Assembly (NCBI GenBank): GCA_034530615.2
Contig: JAVRCV020000079.1
Location: 64,001-128,000, forward strand
DNA: 64,000 nt
Origin: Aulosira sp. ZfuVER01
Lineage (GTDB): Bacteria > Cyanobacteriota > Cyanobacteriia > Cyanobacteriales > Nostocaceae
Reading direction: 5' to 3'
In this document: positions 50,661-61,058 of the stretch, piece by piece
Layout: each line of letters opens with the position of its first letter
How positions within the stretch are numbered: position 1 is the stretch's first letter
Made by a program: the position numbers and the translations under genes
The notes under the pieces: generated by a model
The model's input: only the letters and a program-made list of their open reading frames with translations
Databases searched by the model: none
Told to the model about the DNA's origin: nothing

Positions 50661-53600
50661 ATGACTTTATCACCTGTAAATTTCCAGTCTGAATTAACTG
50701 CTGTTGAGTTTGACCCATTTGCAGAGGGAGAATTACTATTAACTGCTCCTGCTACTGAATCTCAAAAAGAAATTTGGGCTTCTGTGCAAATGGGAGATGC
50801 TGCCAATTGTGCTTATAACGAATCCCAATCTCTGCGATTCAAAGGCGAACTAGATACCACAGTTTTTCAGTCTGCACTGCAAGAGTTAGTGCTACGTCAT
50901 GAAGCGCTCAGGACAACTTTTAGCACAGATGGTAATACACTCTGCATTGTTGGTTCTTTGCAAATTGAAATCCCGATTATTGATATTTCTAGCCTTGAAC
51001 CACAAGAGCAAAAAGAAAAATTAGCTAGTATCAGACGACAAGAAGTAGAAAAGCCTTTTGATTTGGAACATGGTCCTCTATTCCGGGCGCAAATTATCAA
51101 ATTGCAGCCGCAAGAACATATAACTATTTTGACTGCTCATCATATTATTTGTGATGGTTGGTCTTGGGCTGTGCTGATGCCAGATTTGGGTAAACTGTAT
51201 TCTGGCTTGCTAGAGGGTATTGTTCCAGAGTTAGAAGAAAGCGATCGCCTCAGTGATTATGCTGTTTTACAAGAAGAAGAGGTGGATAGCCCAGAAGCGA
51301 TCGCCACTGAACAATATTGGCTAGAACAATTCGCTGACTCTGTACCTGTACTAGATTTCCCCTGCGATCGCCCTCGCCCACATATCAGAACTTTTAACGC
51401 CGCGCGAGAAGATTCGCAATTAAATCCGCAACTAGTTGCAGATCTCAAACAGCTAGGCACAAAATTTGGTTGTAGTTTTATGACTACTATCCTGGCAGGA
51501 TTTGAGGCTTGGCTACACCGTATCACCGGACAAAATGACTTGGTTGTCGGTATTCCCGCCGCCGGACAAGCTGCTTTAGGGCAATATAATCTCGTAGGAC
51601 ACTGTGTAAATTTATTACCACTGCGTAGCCAAATTAATGGCGCAAAATCTTTCAGCGAATATTTGCAAAGCCGTCGTTCTAATGTTTTAGATGCCTACGA
51701 TCATCAACAATTTACCTTTGGTAGTCTAGTTAAAAAATTAAGTATTCCACGGGATTCTAGCCGGATTCCCTTGGTTCCCATTACATTTAATATCGATCAA
51801 GGTTTAGATAGCGATAAGCTCCCCTTTGCAGGGTTAGAGGTAGAGTTTTTCTCTAATCCTCGTTCCTTTGAGAACTTTGAACTATTTATTAATGCTACAG
51901 AATTACGCGGTCAACTAACTCTGGAATGTCAGTACAACACTAATTTATTTGATGCTGACACTATCCGCCGCCGGATGGCAGAGTTTGAAACTTTGTTGCA
52001 TGGTATAGTTGCAAACCCCAATCAAACTATTGCGAAATTGCCGATTTTGCCAGCAGTTGAGCAACAGCTATTAGCAGCATGGAACCAAACTCAAACCAAC
52101 TATCCTCAAGATAAATCCATCCATCAATTATTTGAGGAACAGGTAGCGCGTACTCCTGATGCTGTAGCTTTGGTATTTCAAGGACAGCAACTTACTTACC
52201 GAGAGTTAAATACTCGCGCTAATCAATTAGCACAATACCTACAAACATTAGGAGTAGGCGCAGATGTGCTGGTGGGAATCTGCGTGGAACGCTCATTAGA
52301 AATGATAGTAGGTCTATTAGGTATCCTCAAAGCAGGTGGGGCTTATGTACCTTTAGATCCGGGTTATCCTCAAGAACGTTTGGCGTTCATGCTTGCGGAT
52401 ACCCAAATTAAATTATTAGTCACCCAAAAACGACTAGTTGAAAAACTACCTACTCATACTGCAAATATCATTTGCTTGGATGCAGATTGGCATACTATCA
52501 GCCAACAAGCAACAGAGAATTTAATTACTAATGTCAAGCCTCATAACTTGGCTTATGTAATGTATACCTCTGGTTCTACAGGTACACCCAAAGGTGTTAG
52601 TGTTATTCATCAAGGTGTAGTCAGGTTAGTTAAAGAAACTAACTATGTCAGCCTCACTGAAAAAGAAGTATTTCTGCAAATTAGTCCTGTTTCTTTTGAC
52701 GCTTCCACTTTTGAAATTTGGGGTTGTTTACTTAACGGTGGCAAATTAGTTATCTTCCCTCCTCATACTCCATCTTTAGATGAATTAGGGGGAATTATTC
52801 AGCAATACCAAGTAACAACTCTCTGGCTGACAGCGGGTTTATTCCACTTGATAGTTGATGAAAAAATTGAGGCTTTAAAACCCTTGCGTCAACTGTTAGC
52901 TGGTGGTGATGTTTTATCTGTTCCTCACGTTCAGAAATTTCTCAATACAGTAGAAAACTGTAAATTAATTAATGGTTACGGGCCGACAGAAAGTACAACT
53001 TTTACTTCCTGTTATGAAATCACAGCGCCATTAAAGCCAGGGGCTTCTATTCCTATCGGTCGTCCAATTGCTAATACCCAAGTTTATATTTTGGACTCCT
53101 ATTTACAACAAGTCCCCATTGGCATTACAGGTGAGTTGTATATTGGTGGTGATGGTTTAGCACGAGAATATTTCAATCGCCCAGATTTAACTGCTGAGAG
53201 ATTTATTGCTAACCCCTTGAGCGCAGATTCTCAATCACGCTTATATAAGAGTGGTGACTTGGCGCGCTATTTGCCTAATGGCGAGATTGAATACCTCGGT
53301 CGAATTGACAATCAGGTAAAAGTTAGTGGTTTCCGCATTGAATTGGGTGAAATTGAAATCGCACTTTTACAATCTCCGCTAGTGAAAGAAGCTGTAGTAA
53401 TTGTGCGTGAAGATTCTCCTGGTGAGAAAGTGCTAGTTGGGTATTTTGTAGCTGAAACTAATGAAGATAGTCCGCAAATCATCTCAGAATTACGGCGATT
53501 CTTAAAACAACAATTGCCTGAGTATATGGTGCCAAAGATTTTTGTGGCACTAGAAGCTTTACCTTTGAATGCAAATGGCAAAGTAGATCGCCGCGCCTTG

Positions 53601-53942
53601 CCAAAGCCTGATGCTTATAGTCCAGAACTAGAAGCAAATTATGTTGCACCTCGTACTCCCATTGAGCAGCAAATTGCAGATATCTGGACACAGGTTTTAA
53701 ATGTCAAGCAGGTGGGAATTTATGACAACTTTTTTGAATTGGGCGGATATTCTCTCCTCGGAATTCAAGTAATTTCTCGTCTGAGACAGGCTTTGCAAGT
53801 AGAAATTTTGATGTCCAATTTATTTGAATTACCCACGGTAGCAGATTTGGCTGAACGAGTGGAAACTCTGCGTTGGGCTGCCCAAGGTATTCAAGCTGCT
53901 GAGAGTGATTCAGCAGATGATTACGAAGAAGGTGAGCTTTGA
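50661..53942 (+). CDS. NRPS elongation module C-A-T (Val-type code)
   Basis: C HHIICDG; intact A3-A10; T LGGYSL; acidic C-terminal tail DDYEEGEL. Confidence 0.95.
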   Translation: MTLSPVNFQSELTAVEFDPFAEGELLLTAPATESQKEIWASVQMGDAANCAYNESQSLRFKGELDTTVFQSALQELVLRHEALRTTFSTDGNTLCIVGSLQIEIPIIDISSLEPQEQKEKLASIRRQEVEKPFDLEHGPLFRAQIIKLQPQEHITILTAHHIICDGWSWAVLMPDLGKLYSGLLEGIVPELEESDRLSDYAVLQEEEVDSPEAIATEQYWLEQFADSVPVLDFPCDRPRPHIRTFNAAREDSQLNPQLVADLKQLGTKFGCSFMTTILAGFEAWLHRITGQNDLVVGIPAAGQAALGQYNLVGHCVNLLPLRSQINGAKSFSEYLQSRRSNVLDAYDHQQFTFGSLVKKLSIPRDSSRIPLVPITFNIDQGLDSDKLPFAGLEVEFFSNPRSFENFELFINATELRGQLTLECQYNTNLFDADTIRRRMAEFETLLHGIVANPNQTIAKLPILPAVEQQLLAAWNQTQTNYPQDKSIHQLFEEQVARTPDAVALVFQGQQLTYRELNTRANQLAQYLQTLGVGADVLVGICVERSLEMIVGLLGILKAGGAYVPLDPGYPQERLAFMLADTQIKLLVTQKRLVEKLPTHTANIICLDADWHTISQQATENLITNVKPHNLAYVMYTSGSTGTPKGVSVIHQGVVRLVKETNYVSLTEKEVFLQISPVSFDASTFEIWGCLLNGGKLVIFPPHTPSLDELGGIIQQYQVTTLWLTAGLFHLIVDEKIEALKPLRQLLAGGDVLSVPHVQKFLNTVENCKLINGYGPTESTTFTSCYEITAPLKPGASIPIGRPIANTQVYILDSYLQQVPIGITGELYIGGDGLAREYFNRPDLTAERFIANPLSADSQSRLYKSGDLARYLPNGEIEYLGRIDNQVKVSGFRIELGEIEIALLQSPLVKEAVVIVREDSPGEKVLVGYFVAETNEDSPQIISELRRFLKQQLPEYMVPKIFVALEALPLNANGKVDRRALPKPDAYSPELEANYVAPRTPIEQQIADIWTQVLNVKQVGIYDNFFELGGYSLLGIQVISRLRQALQVEILMSNLFELPTVADLAERVETLRWAAQGIQAAESDSADDYEEGEL

Positions 53943-54036
53943 TCCTTCTATAGCTAATCAGGTTTGGTGAGGGAAGGGGAGAAATCCCTATTCCCATTAC
54001 CAATTACCCACACAGCCACATTTTCCACGAGGTTTT

Positions 54037-57000
54037 ATGAAAACATTGGATGAACTACTATCTGAGCTACGCCAGCGCGATGTCAAACTTTGGTTAGAGG
54101 GCGATCGCCTGCGTTATCGCGCAGCAAAAGACAGCCTAACGCCAGAATTGCTGAACGAGTTAAAAACGCAAAAAGCCGAAATTATCAACTTTCTGCGTCA
54201 AGTTACCACAGTCACTACTGCCAAAATTCCGCCAATTGTCGTTTGTGAAAGAACTGGTAATTTGCCCGTTTCTTTTGGACAGCAACGCTTGTGGTTTCTG
54301 CATCAGTTTGAACCCAATAGTTCCTCAAATAATATGCCCGTGGTGGTGCGGTTTACGGGGAATCTCAATGTTGCTGTGTTGGAGGAAAGTTTGCGAGAAG
54401 TTGTCCGTCGTCATGAAGTATTGCGGACAACTTTTCCGGCTGTGAATGGTAAGCCGACTCAAGTCATCGCCACGGATGTTTCCTTGAAGCTACCAGTTAT
54501 TGACTTACAGCAAGTACCAGAAGAACAAAGAGAGACAGAAGCTCACATCTTAGCAACTAAAGAAGCTCATCAACCTTTTGATTTAGCTAATGGGCCAGTT
54601 TTGCGAGTGCTGCTGCTGCGGTTGAGCGATCGCGAACATCTGCTGATTTGGAATATGCACAGTATAGTTTGCGATGGTGCTTCTTCTGATGTGTTCTATC
54701 AAGACTTTACTACCATCTACAAAGCACTTTCAGCCGGTCAGCTTTCGCCTTTACCGCCCTTACCAGTACAGTATGCTGATTTTACTCATTGGCAACATCA
54801 ATGGCTGCAAGGTGAAGTTTTAGAGTCACAGGTAAACTACTGGAAGCAAAAGCTAGAAGGCCATTTACCGATTATAGACTTACCTTACGATCATCCTCGT
54901 CCTCAAGGAGCGCAAACATACCGAGGCGATCGCGCGGCGCTGTTACTACCCAAGGCGCTCAACCATGCGTTGACAGACTTGAGTCAAAAATGGGGAGCCA
55001 CCCTGTTTATGACTTTATTAACAGTGTTTGAGTTATTGCTTTACCGCTATTCTGGGCAAGAAGATTTACTAGTTAGCTTTGCCAGTGCTGGACGCGGACA
55101 AGTTGAAACCGAAAGACTGGTTGGATTTTTCTCGAATACTTTGGTACTGCGGAGTAACTTAGCTGGTAATCCCACTTTCCGAGAATTATTAGACCGAGTA
55201 CGTAAGGATTGTTTAGAAGCTTATAGCCATCAAGATTTACCTTTTGAAAGACTTATTGAAGAACTTAAACCAGAACAACAAAGCCGTAATACTTCCTCAC
55301 TATTTCAAGTAAAATTCTCCCTCAATCCGCCTTGGTCAAATGGTCGTGGTATGGCAGCGGTAGAACTGCCCGATTTGACGATCGCTTCTCTATTTGGCTA
55401 CATATATCATGGTAAGACCAAATACGATCTGACATTGGTATTACGGGAACAGGATAATGGTCTGGGCATGGTATTCGATTACAATGCCGATATGTTTGAT
55501 ACCAGTACCGTAGAGCGGATGCTGGGACATTACAAAACTTTACTGGAAGGTATTGTTGCCAACCCAGATCGGCCGATTTCGGAGTTACCGCTGTTAACAG
55601 CTGGGGAACAGCAATTATTAGTTGATTGGCATGGCAAACAAGCTGATTATCCCCAAGATATTTGCATACATCAGTATTTTGAGAATCAAGTTAAACTCAC
55701 TCCCAATAATATTGCAGTCAGTTTTGCAAATCAGCAGTTCACCTATCTAGAACTCAATCACCGCGCAAACCAGCTAGCTCACTATTTGCAAACTTTAGGC
55801 GTAGGAGCCGGAGTAAATGTCGGTTTGTATTTAGAGCCTTCCCTAGACACGATTGTGGGGCTATTGGGTATTTTAAAAGCCGGGGGAACCTATGTAGCGA
55901 TCGCACCGACATCTGGGGCTGAGATTTTAGCAGATGCTCAAGTATCTTTTCTCTTAACTCAAAGTTCCTTAGTTAAGAGAGTTCCTGAGCATCAGGTGCA
56001 AGTTATCTGTATAGATACTGAATTAAAAAGTATCACTATTTACTCAACTGAAAATCCAGTTTGTCAGGCTACAGGGGAGAATCTCGCCTGTGTAATGTAT
56101 GTTTCTGGCGTAAATGGTGTAGTGATTACACACAGCAATCTTGTTACCCACAGCCTTGCAATCAGCGAAACTTGGGAATTGGCAAAGAGCGATCGCGTCT
56201 TACTTCAACCTAGTCTCAGAGGCGATACGTTTATTGAATCACTCTTTCCTACTTGGGTTACAGGTGCTACTGCAATTCTGCAATCTCAAGAAGTACAAAA
56301 CTCAGCGGCGCAGTTTTTCTCATTCGTTGCTCAACAACAAATTACCGTTGTTAATTTAGCTACTGCTTTTTGGTATGAGTTAGTCAAAGAATTATCTGCA
56401 TCTCCTCAAACCTTACCAGCTAGTTTGCGTTTAGTGATGGTTGGTGGCGAAAAAGTCTCCCGCAATGCTTATTTAACTTGGGTAGAAAAGGTTGGTAAGC
56501 AAGTACGCTGGCTGAATGCTTATGGAACGCTAGAAACGACTTTAACCGCCACGGTTTACGATCCGGAGACTGCGACGGAAGCTAGTGAAACACGCTCAGA
56601 AATTCCTCTAGGAAAAGCGATCGCTAATACCCAAGTTTACATCCTCGATAAGCGATCGCAACCTATACCCATCGGCGTGACTGGTGAAATATACATCAGT
56701 GGTATTGGTGTTGCTCAAGGCTATTTCAACCGTCCGGAGTTAACATCTGAGAAATTTATCCCTAATCCCTTTAGCAGCGAATCTGGAGCATATCTTTACA
56801 GAACTGGCGATTTAGGACGCTACTTAAGTGATGGCAATATTGAGTTTGTGGGAAGTTTAGATAATCAAGCCAAAATTTGCCTGAATACAACTAATACTCA
56901 AATAGAAAAAATATTTGTTCCAGCAGAAGACCAATTGCAAATTCAGTTAACAGAAATTTGGGAGAATTTCTTAGGCATTCATCCTATTGGCATCACAGAC

Positions 57001-58131
57001 AACTTTTTTGACTTAGGTGGACACTCACTAATTGCAGTACGCCTATTTGCTGAGATTGAAAAAGCTTTTGGCAAAACTCTGCCTCTATCTATTCTTTTAC
57101 AAGCACCAACTATTGAGCAATTAGCTCATTTCCTCCGCGACAAATCACCCGAAAGCCAACCGAATAGCGAGCAACCGCTGCATTTAGTTAAAGACTTTTT
57201 TGGGAAAGCGATCGCCAAAGTTTTCAAAGGCAATAAGTCGCAACAAATTGTAGATGAAAATCCAACTAATCTAGAGACAGGAGAATGGCTACCTTGGTCA
57301 TCACTAGTACCGCTTCAACCCAACGGTGATAAGCCACCTCTATTTTGTGTTCATGGTGCTGGTGAAAGTGTTCTTTACTATCGTAATTTCGCTAATTATC
57401 TCGGTGCAGACCAGCCATTTTATGCACTCCAAGCTAGAGGTGTAGATGGAAGAAAAGCCCCTCTAACTCGGGTTGAGAAAATGGCGGCTCACTATATTAA
57501 GGAGATCCAAACTATTCAACCTCAAGGGCCTTATTTTCTAGGAGGCTATTCTTTTGGTGGTTTAGTTGTTTGGGAAATGGCTCGACAGCTAGTAGCACAA
57601 GGTCACAAAGTTGCTTTGTTAGCTTTATTTGATACTAGTAATACAACTCGTCGGCAAACTACTATTAAACCCATACCTGCACAAAAGCGTATTTCTCGCC
57701 ATTTAAATAACCTTTTAGAAGTCGGCCCTAACTACATTCTTCAGCAAATAGAAGGAAAGAGCAGTTGGGTTGAGTATATGGTTAAACAAATGTTCAGAAA
57801 ATTTACTTTTAAAGCTTACCTGAACATCTCCCGCATCTTACCTTACACCTACCGCAAACAAGTAAAAATTAAGGATTTTAACAAGCAAGCTGCCAAGGTA
57901 TATATTCCAAAAGCTTATCCAGGCCGAGTCACTGTATTTCGAGCAGAAGAACGTCCTGTAAACAATGCAGGTGAGGTAGATCCAAACATGGGTTGGAGTG
58001 AATTGGCTTTAGGTGGTCTCGATATCCAACATGTTCCAGGAAACCACTTCTCGATTTTTAGCGAACCCTATGTCAAATCTATGTCAGAAAAAATGAAGGC
58101 TTGTATAGAACAAGCTATTGCAGAAACTTGA
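54037..58131 (+). CDS. NRPS terminal protein: docking domain, variant C, degenerate A, T, TE
   Basis: TubC-like N-terminal docking domain; C motif HSIVCDG; A3 reads YVSGVNG, A8 truncated, A9-A10 missing; T GGHSL; TE GYSFG and PGNH. Confidence 0.9.
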   Translation: MKTLDELLSELRQRDVKLWLEGDRLRYRAAKDSLTPELLNELKTQKAEIINFLRQVTTVTTAKIPPIVVCERTGNLPVSFGQQRLWFLHQFEPNSSSNNMPVVVRFTGNLNVAVLEESLREVVRRHEVLRTTFPAVNGKPTQVIATDVSLKLPVIDLQQVPEEQRETEAHILATKEAHQPFDLANGPVLRVLLLRLSDREHLLIWNMHSIVCDGASSDVFYQDFTTIYKALSAGQLSPLPPLPVQYADFTHWQHQWLQGEVLESQVNYWKQKLEGHLPIIDLPYDHPRPQGAQTYRGDRAALLLPKALNHALTDLSQKWGATLFMTLLTVFELLLYRYSGQEDLLVSFASAGRGQVETERLVGFFSNTLVLRSNLAGNPTFRELLDRVRKDCLEAYSHQDLPFERLIEELKPEQQSRNTSSLFQVKFSLNPPWSNGRGMAAVELPDLTIASLFGYIYHGKTKYDLTLVLREQDNGLGMVFDYNADMFDTSTVERMLGHYKTLLEGIVANPDRPISELPLLTAGEQQLLVDWHGKQADYPQDICIHQYFENQVKLTPNNIAVSFANQQFTYLELNHRANQLAHYLQTLGVGAGVNVGLYLEPSLDTIVGLLGILKAGGTYVAIAPTSGAEILADAQVSFLLTQSSLVKRVPEHQVQVICIDTELKSITIYSTENPVCQATGENLACVMYVSGVNGVVITHSNLVTHSLAISETWELAKSDRVLLQPSLRGDTFIESLFPTWVTGATAILQSQEVQNSAAQFFSFVAQQQITVVNLATAFWYELVKELSASPQTLPASLRLVMVGGEKVSRNAYLTWVEKVGKQVRWLNAYGTLETTLTATVYDPETATEASETRSEIPLGKAIANTQVYILDKRSQPIPIGVTGEIYISGIGVAQGYFNRPELTSEKFIPNPFSSESGAYLYRTGDLGRYLSDGNIEFVGSLDNQAKICLNTTNTQIEKIFVPAEDQLQIQLTEIWENFLGIHPIGITDNFFDLGGHSLIAVRLFAEIEKAFGKTLPLSILLQAPTIEQLAHFLRDKSPESQPNSEQPLHLVKDFFGKAIAKVFKGNKSQQIVDENPTNLETGEWLPWSSLVPLQPNGDKPPLFCVHGAGESVLYYRNFANYLGADQPFYALQARGVDGRKAPLTRVEKMAAHYIKEIQTIQPQGPYFLGGYSFGGLVVWEMARQLVAQGHKVALLALFDTSNTTRRQTTIKPIPAQKRISRHLNNLLEVGPNYILQQIEGKSSWVEYMVKQMFRKFTFKAYLNISRILPYTYRKQVKIKDFNKQAAKVYIPKAYPGRVTVFRAEERPVNNAGEVDPNMGWSELALGGLDIQHVPGNHFSIFSEPYVKSMSEKMKACIEQAIAET

Positions 58132-58168
58132 ATTTTTCTAGGCTGAAAGTAAATATAATACAGATAAA

Positions 58169-58203
58169 AAATGGTAGAAAGTCAATTTGACTTTCTACCA
58201 TTT
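58169..58203. terminator. Hairpin terminator after the NRPS cluster (probably bidirectional)
   Basis: AAATGGTAGAAAGTCAA-T-TTGACTTTCTACCATTT perfect inverted repeat between convergent genes. Confidence 0.75.
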
Positions 58204-58237
58204 CCGTCCGCACATAGTAGCTCTTTTTGACAAACTT

Positions 58238-58279
58238 ATCGCTCTTTCATCACTCTCATGAGAATGATGAAAGAGCGAT
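58238..58279. terminator. Second long hairpin between the convergent NRPS and eboD genes
   Basis: ATCGCTCTTTCATCA...TGATGAAAGAGCGAT. Confidence 0.6.
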
Positions 58280-58356
58280 TAACTAGAAAATGAGCAATTT
58301 AAATGTGCATTATCATGTTTACCAGCTTGGAGTATTTTGTCAATTAAATTTTCTTA

Positions 58357-59562
58357 TCAAGAATAAGAAAGTTCCCAATCTTGCAACATCGAAATCGCTT
58401 GTTTATACACAGATAAATCTACTTGATGAACTTCTATTCCTTGTCCAATTCCCTGAAGAAGAGTAATTGTCAATTTGCCACCTAAGTGTTCGCGGAACTC
58501 AGTTAGACCCCTAAATAAATGATGGGGATGGTCTGGTTGATGTAATTGCTCTGTTAGTGCAGCTACGTATAAAGTGAAGCCTAATCTCTTAAGTGTATCT
58601 AAAATCCTTTGCCACTCTAATTGCGATAGTAGCCCAGTTAAATAAGAATAGGTACTATCCAGAGCAATACCGATCGCAACGGCTTCGCCATGACGTAACT
58701 TATAATCTGTGACATGTTCTAATTTATGAGCTGCCCAATGTCCAAAGTCTAAAGGGCGTGATGAACCTTTTTCAAAGGGGTCGCCACTTTTGGCAATATG
58801 TTGTAGGTGCAATTGGGCACAACGATAAATTAGCTTTTCCATTGCCTTCATGTCGCGGTTAGCTAATTTATCGGCATAAGTCAGAATGAACTGGAAGAAA
58901 TCTGCATCTTTGATCAGTGCTACTTTCACAGCCTCTGCAATACCCGATCGCCAATCGCGATCGTCAAGGCTAGTGAGAAAATCAAAGTCATTCAATACTG
59001 CATAAGGTGGCATAAATGTGCCGAGAAAGTTTTTCTTGCCAAAAGCATTGATTCCGTTCTTTACTCCTACACCCGAATCGTTTTGCGCTAATACTGTAGT
59101 TGGCACTCGTAGCAATCGAATTCCTCGGTGAGCAGTTGTTGCGGCATATCCTACCATATCCAACAAGGCTCCACCGCCAATCGCTAACACGTAAGAGTGG
59201 CGACATAAGCCATTGGCATCAATTATCTGATGAATTTGATCTACAAATCTTGCTTCGTTCTTAACTATTTCTCCGCCTGGAATGATGATTGGCTCATCAG
59301 CTAAAGTGATGACATCTCCATAAAATTGAGTATAAACAGATAATTTTTTGAGCAACCCTTGATGTTGTTTTAAAAATCCTCCGTCTACTACCGCTAAAAC
59401 TTTCTTTGGTGTCATTTCTGCATCTGAGGCAATCACTTTTGCTAGCAAAGGATTGTCCAACTCAAACAAACCATGAGTGAAATGAACATCATAGTTAAAG
59501 TTGACGCAGACAGATTGCTTAATTGGTTGCAGTCCAAGCAGAGTCTTATGTGTAATTAACAT
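58357..59562 (-). CDS. eboD: 3-dehydroquinate synthase-like sugar-phosphate cyclase (EboD type)
   Basis: GGE..KN, GGGALLD, PTTVLAQNDSGVGVKN, KNFLGTF, RPLDFGHW.AH, LRHGEAV; divergent from eboABCE. Confidence 0.82.
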   Translation of the reverse strand: MLITHKTLLGLQPIKQSVCVNFNYDVHFTHGLFELDNPLLAKVIASDAEMTPKKVLAVVDGGFLKQHQGLLKKLSVYTQFYGDVITLADEPIIIPGGEIVKNEARFVDQIHQIIDANGLCRHSYVLAIGGGALLDMVGYAATTAHRGIRLLRVPTTVLAQNDSGVGVKNGINAFGKKNFLGTFMPPYAVLNDFDFLTSLDDRDWRSGIAEAVKVALIKDADFFQFILTYADKLANRDMKAMEKLIYRCAQLHLQHIAKSGDPFEKGSSRPLDFGHWAAHKLEHVTDYKLRHGEAVAIGIALDSTYSYLTGLLSQLEWQRILDTLKRLGFTLYVAALTEQLHQPDHPHHLFRGLTEFREHLGGKLTITLLQGIGQGIEVHQVDLSVYKQAISMLQDWELSYS

Positions 59563-60078
59563 TTTTACTTGAATACGTCTTAAGAAAAACTTTTGTGATA
59601 GAAATTTTCAACCAATATGAATAAAGATATTATTACCATTCATATTGGCTACAAAATCATTAGTAAGAGGAAATCATACTAATTGAATACTAAATCTAGA
59701 TAGCTTCAATTCACTAACTCAGTAATTTTAGCTGCCTTTATTTCATATAGCATGATAGCCATAAAATACATTATTTATTTTTGAAGTTTATTTGAAAGGT
59801 CATTATTTAATCAAGGGTGGTAAAAGTATTCTATATAAGATAGCTTTATAATTTGATGCCCTTTAACCGCATCTTTACATTATCTTATTTAAAGCTGAGA
59901 GATTTTTATAGATTCAGTAAAGTTGTTCGCATAATTTTTTTTATAAATTCAGGGAAGTTACTATACTTAGTTAGTTATGATATTCTCGAAATGACTTAAT
60001 AATAAATTTCCATATTTAGCGCCAAATTTTATCTTTTAGTTTGTCATATCAAGAATTAAAGGATCTATTGAATTAATT

Positions 60079-60960
60079 ATGAGTAGTGGAAACCAGTTGT
60101 TGCATGATTGGCTAGCCAAGTCTGTTTCTAGGGACGGATTAGCCTGGCTGGAACAAAAGCAAGCACAGATTGCAAATGGCGCTCTTGAGCGAGTATTTTT
60201 CACAGCTTTTAGTGCTGTACCACGTTATCTAGGTAAAGATAATTTTCAGCTAACACCCCAAGACTTAGCCGCAGCTTCTAACCTGCTTCCAGGTTGTTTT
60301 CCTGGTAATTGGACGGTAGATCAAGCTGGTAGAACATTATTGGTACTGGCTTTACCCAACAATAATACTGAGAATTATGTGCGATCGCTCGATAAAGTCT
60401 TCAGTACTGCGGATATGGGCGAGTTGATTGCACTGTATCAAAGTTTACCGTTATTACCTCGTCCAGAGCTACATCGCCAACGCGCTGCTGAAGGTATTCG
60501 CAGCAATATGACTAATGTTTTCCAAGCCATAGCTCTAAACAATCCTTATCCGGCTAATTACTTAGATAATATTGCATGGAATCAAATGGTGCTGAAGGCT
60601 TTGTTTGTTGGGAGTCCTTTGCATCAGATTTGGGGTCTAGATCGGCGTGCTAACCCAGAATTGGCAAGGATGTTAGCAAACTATGCCCATGAGCGTTGGG
60701 CAGCAAAACGCTCAGTATCACCAGAACTGTGGCGAGCAGTAGGAGCTTTTGCAGATACGGCAATTATTGCAGATTTGGCAAAAGTACTAGCAGACGGAGA
60801 TATGGCTGAACAACGAGCCGCCGCCTTAGCCTGCGCTCAATCTCCTTTACCCGAAGCCCAAGCATTACTCTCTCGTTACCCAAAGTTGCACTCAGCTATT
60901 CAACAAGGCGAACTGACTTGGAGTAATTTTAACTGCGATCGCCTGCTAGTTTGCAAATAA
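60079..60960 (+). CDS. eboA: EboA family protein
   Basis: AAEGIRSNM, NPYP, WNQMVLKALF, YAHERWAA.R. Confidence 0.88.
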   Translation: MSSGNQLLHDWLAKSVSRDGLAWLEQKQAQIANGALERVFFTAFSAVPRYLGKDNFQLTPQDLAAASNLLPGCFPGNWTVDQAGRTLLVLALPNNNTENYVRSLDKVFSTADMGELIALYQSLPLLPRPELHRQRAAEGIRSNMTNVFQAIALNNPYPANYLDNIAWNQMVLKALFVGSPLHQIWGLDRRANPELARMLANYAHERWAAKRSVSPELWRAVGAFADTAIIADLAKVLADGDMAEQRAAALACAQSPLPEAQALLSRYPKLHSAIQQGELTWSNFNCDRLLVCK

Positions 60961-61058
60961 TGTCTAGAGTCCATAGTCAAAGAACTATTGACAGTCTCTA
61001 TTTCTCTGTGACTTTGTGTCTCTGTGGTTAATTTATTTCTTAAAAATCCCTACTTATT

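Noticed and set aside
12828..53691. Numerous short antisense or alternate-frame ORFs inside long genes
   Set aside because: Shadow ORFs of well-supported CDSs with no independent evidence.
58357..59562. Mycosporine (MysA/DDGS) cluster or housekeeping aroB
   Set aside because: No O-methyltransferase or ATP-grasp mys neighbours; the RPLDFGHW motif and ebo context fit the EboD-like group.
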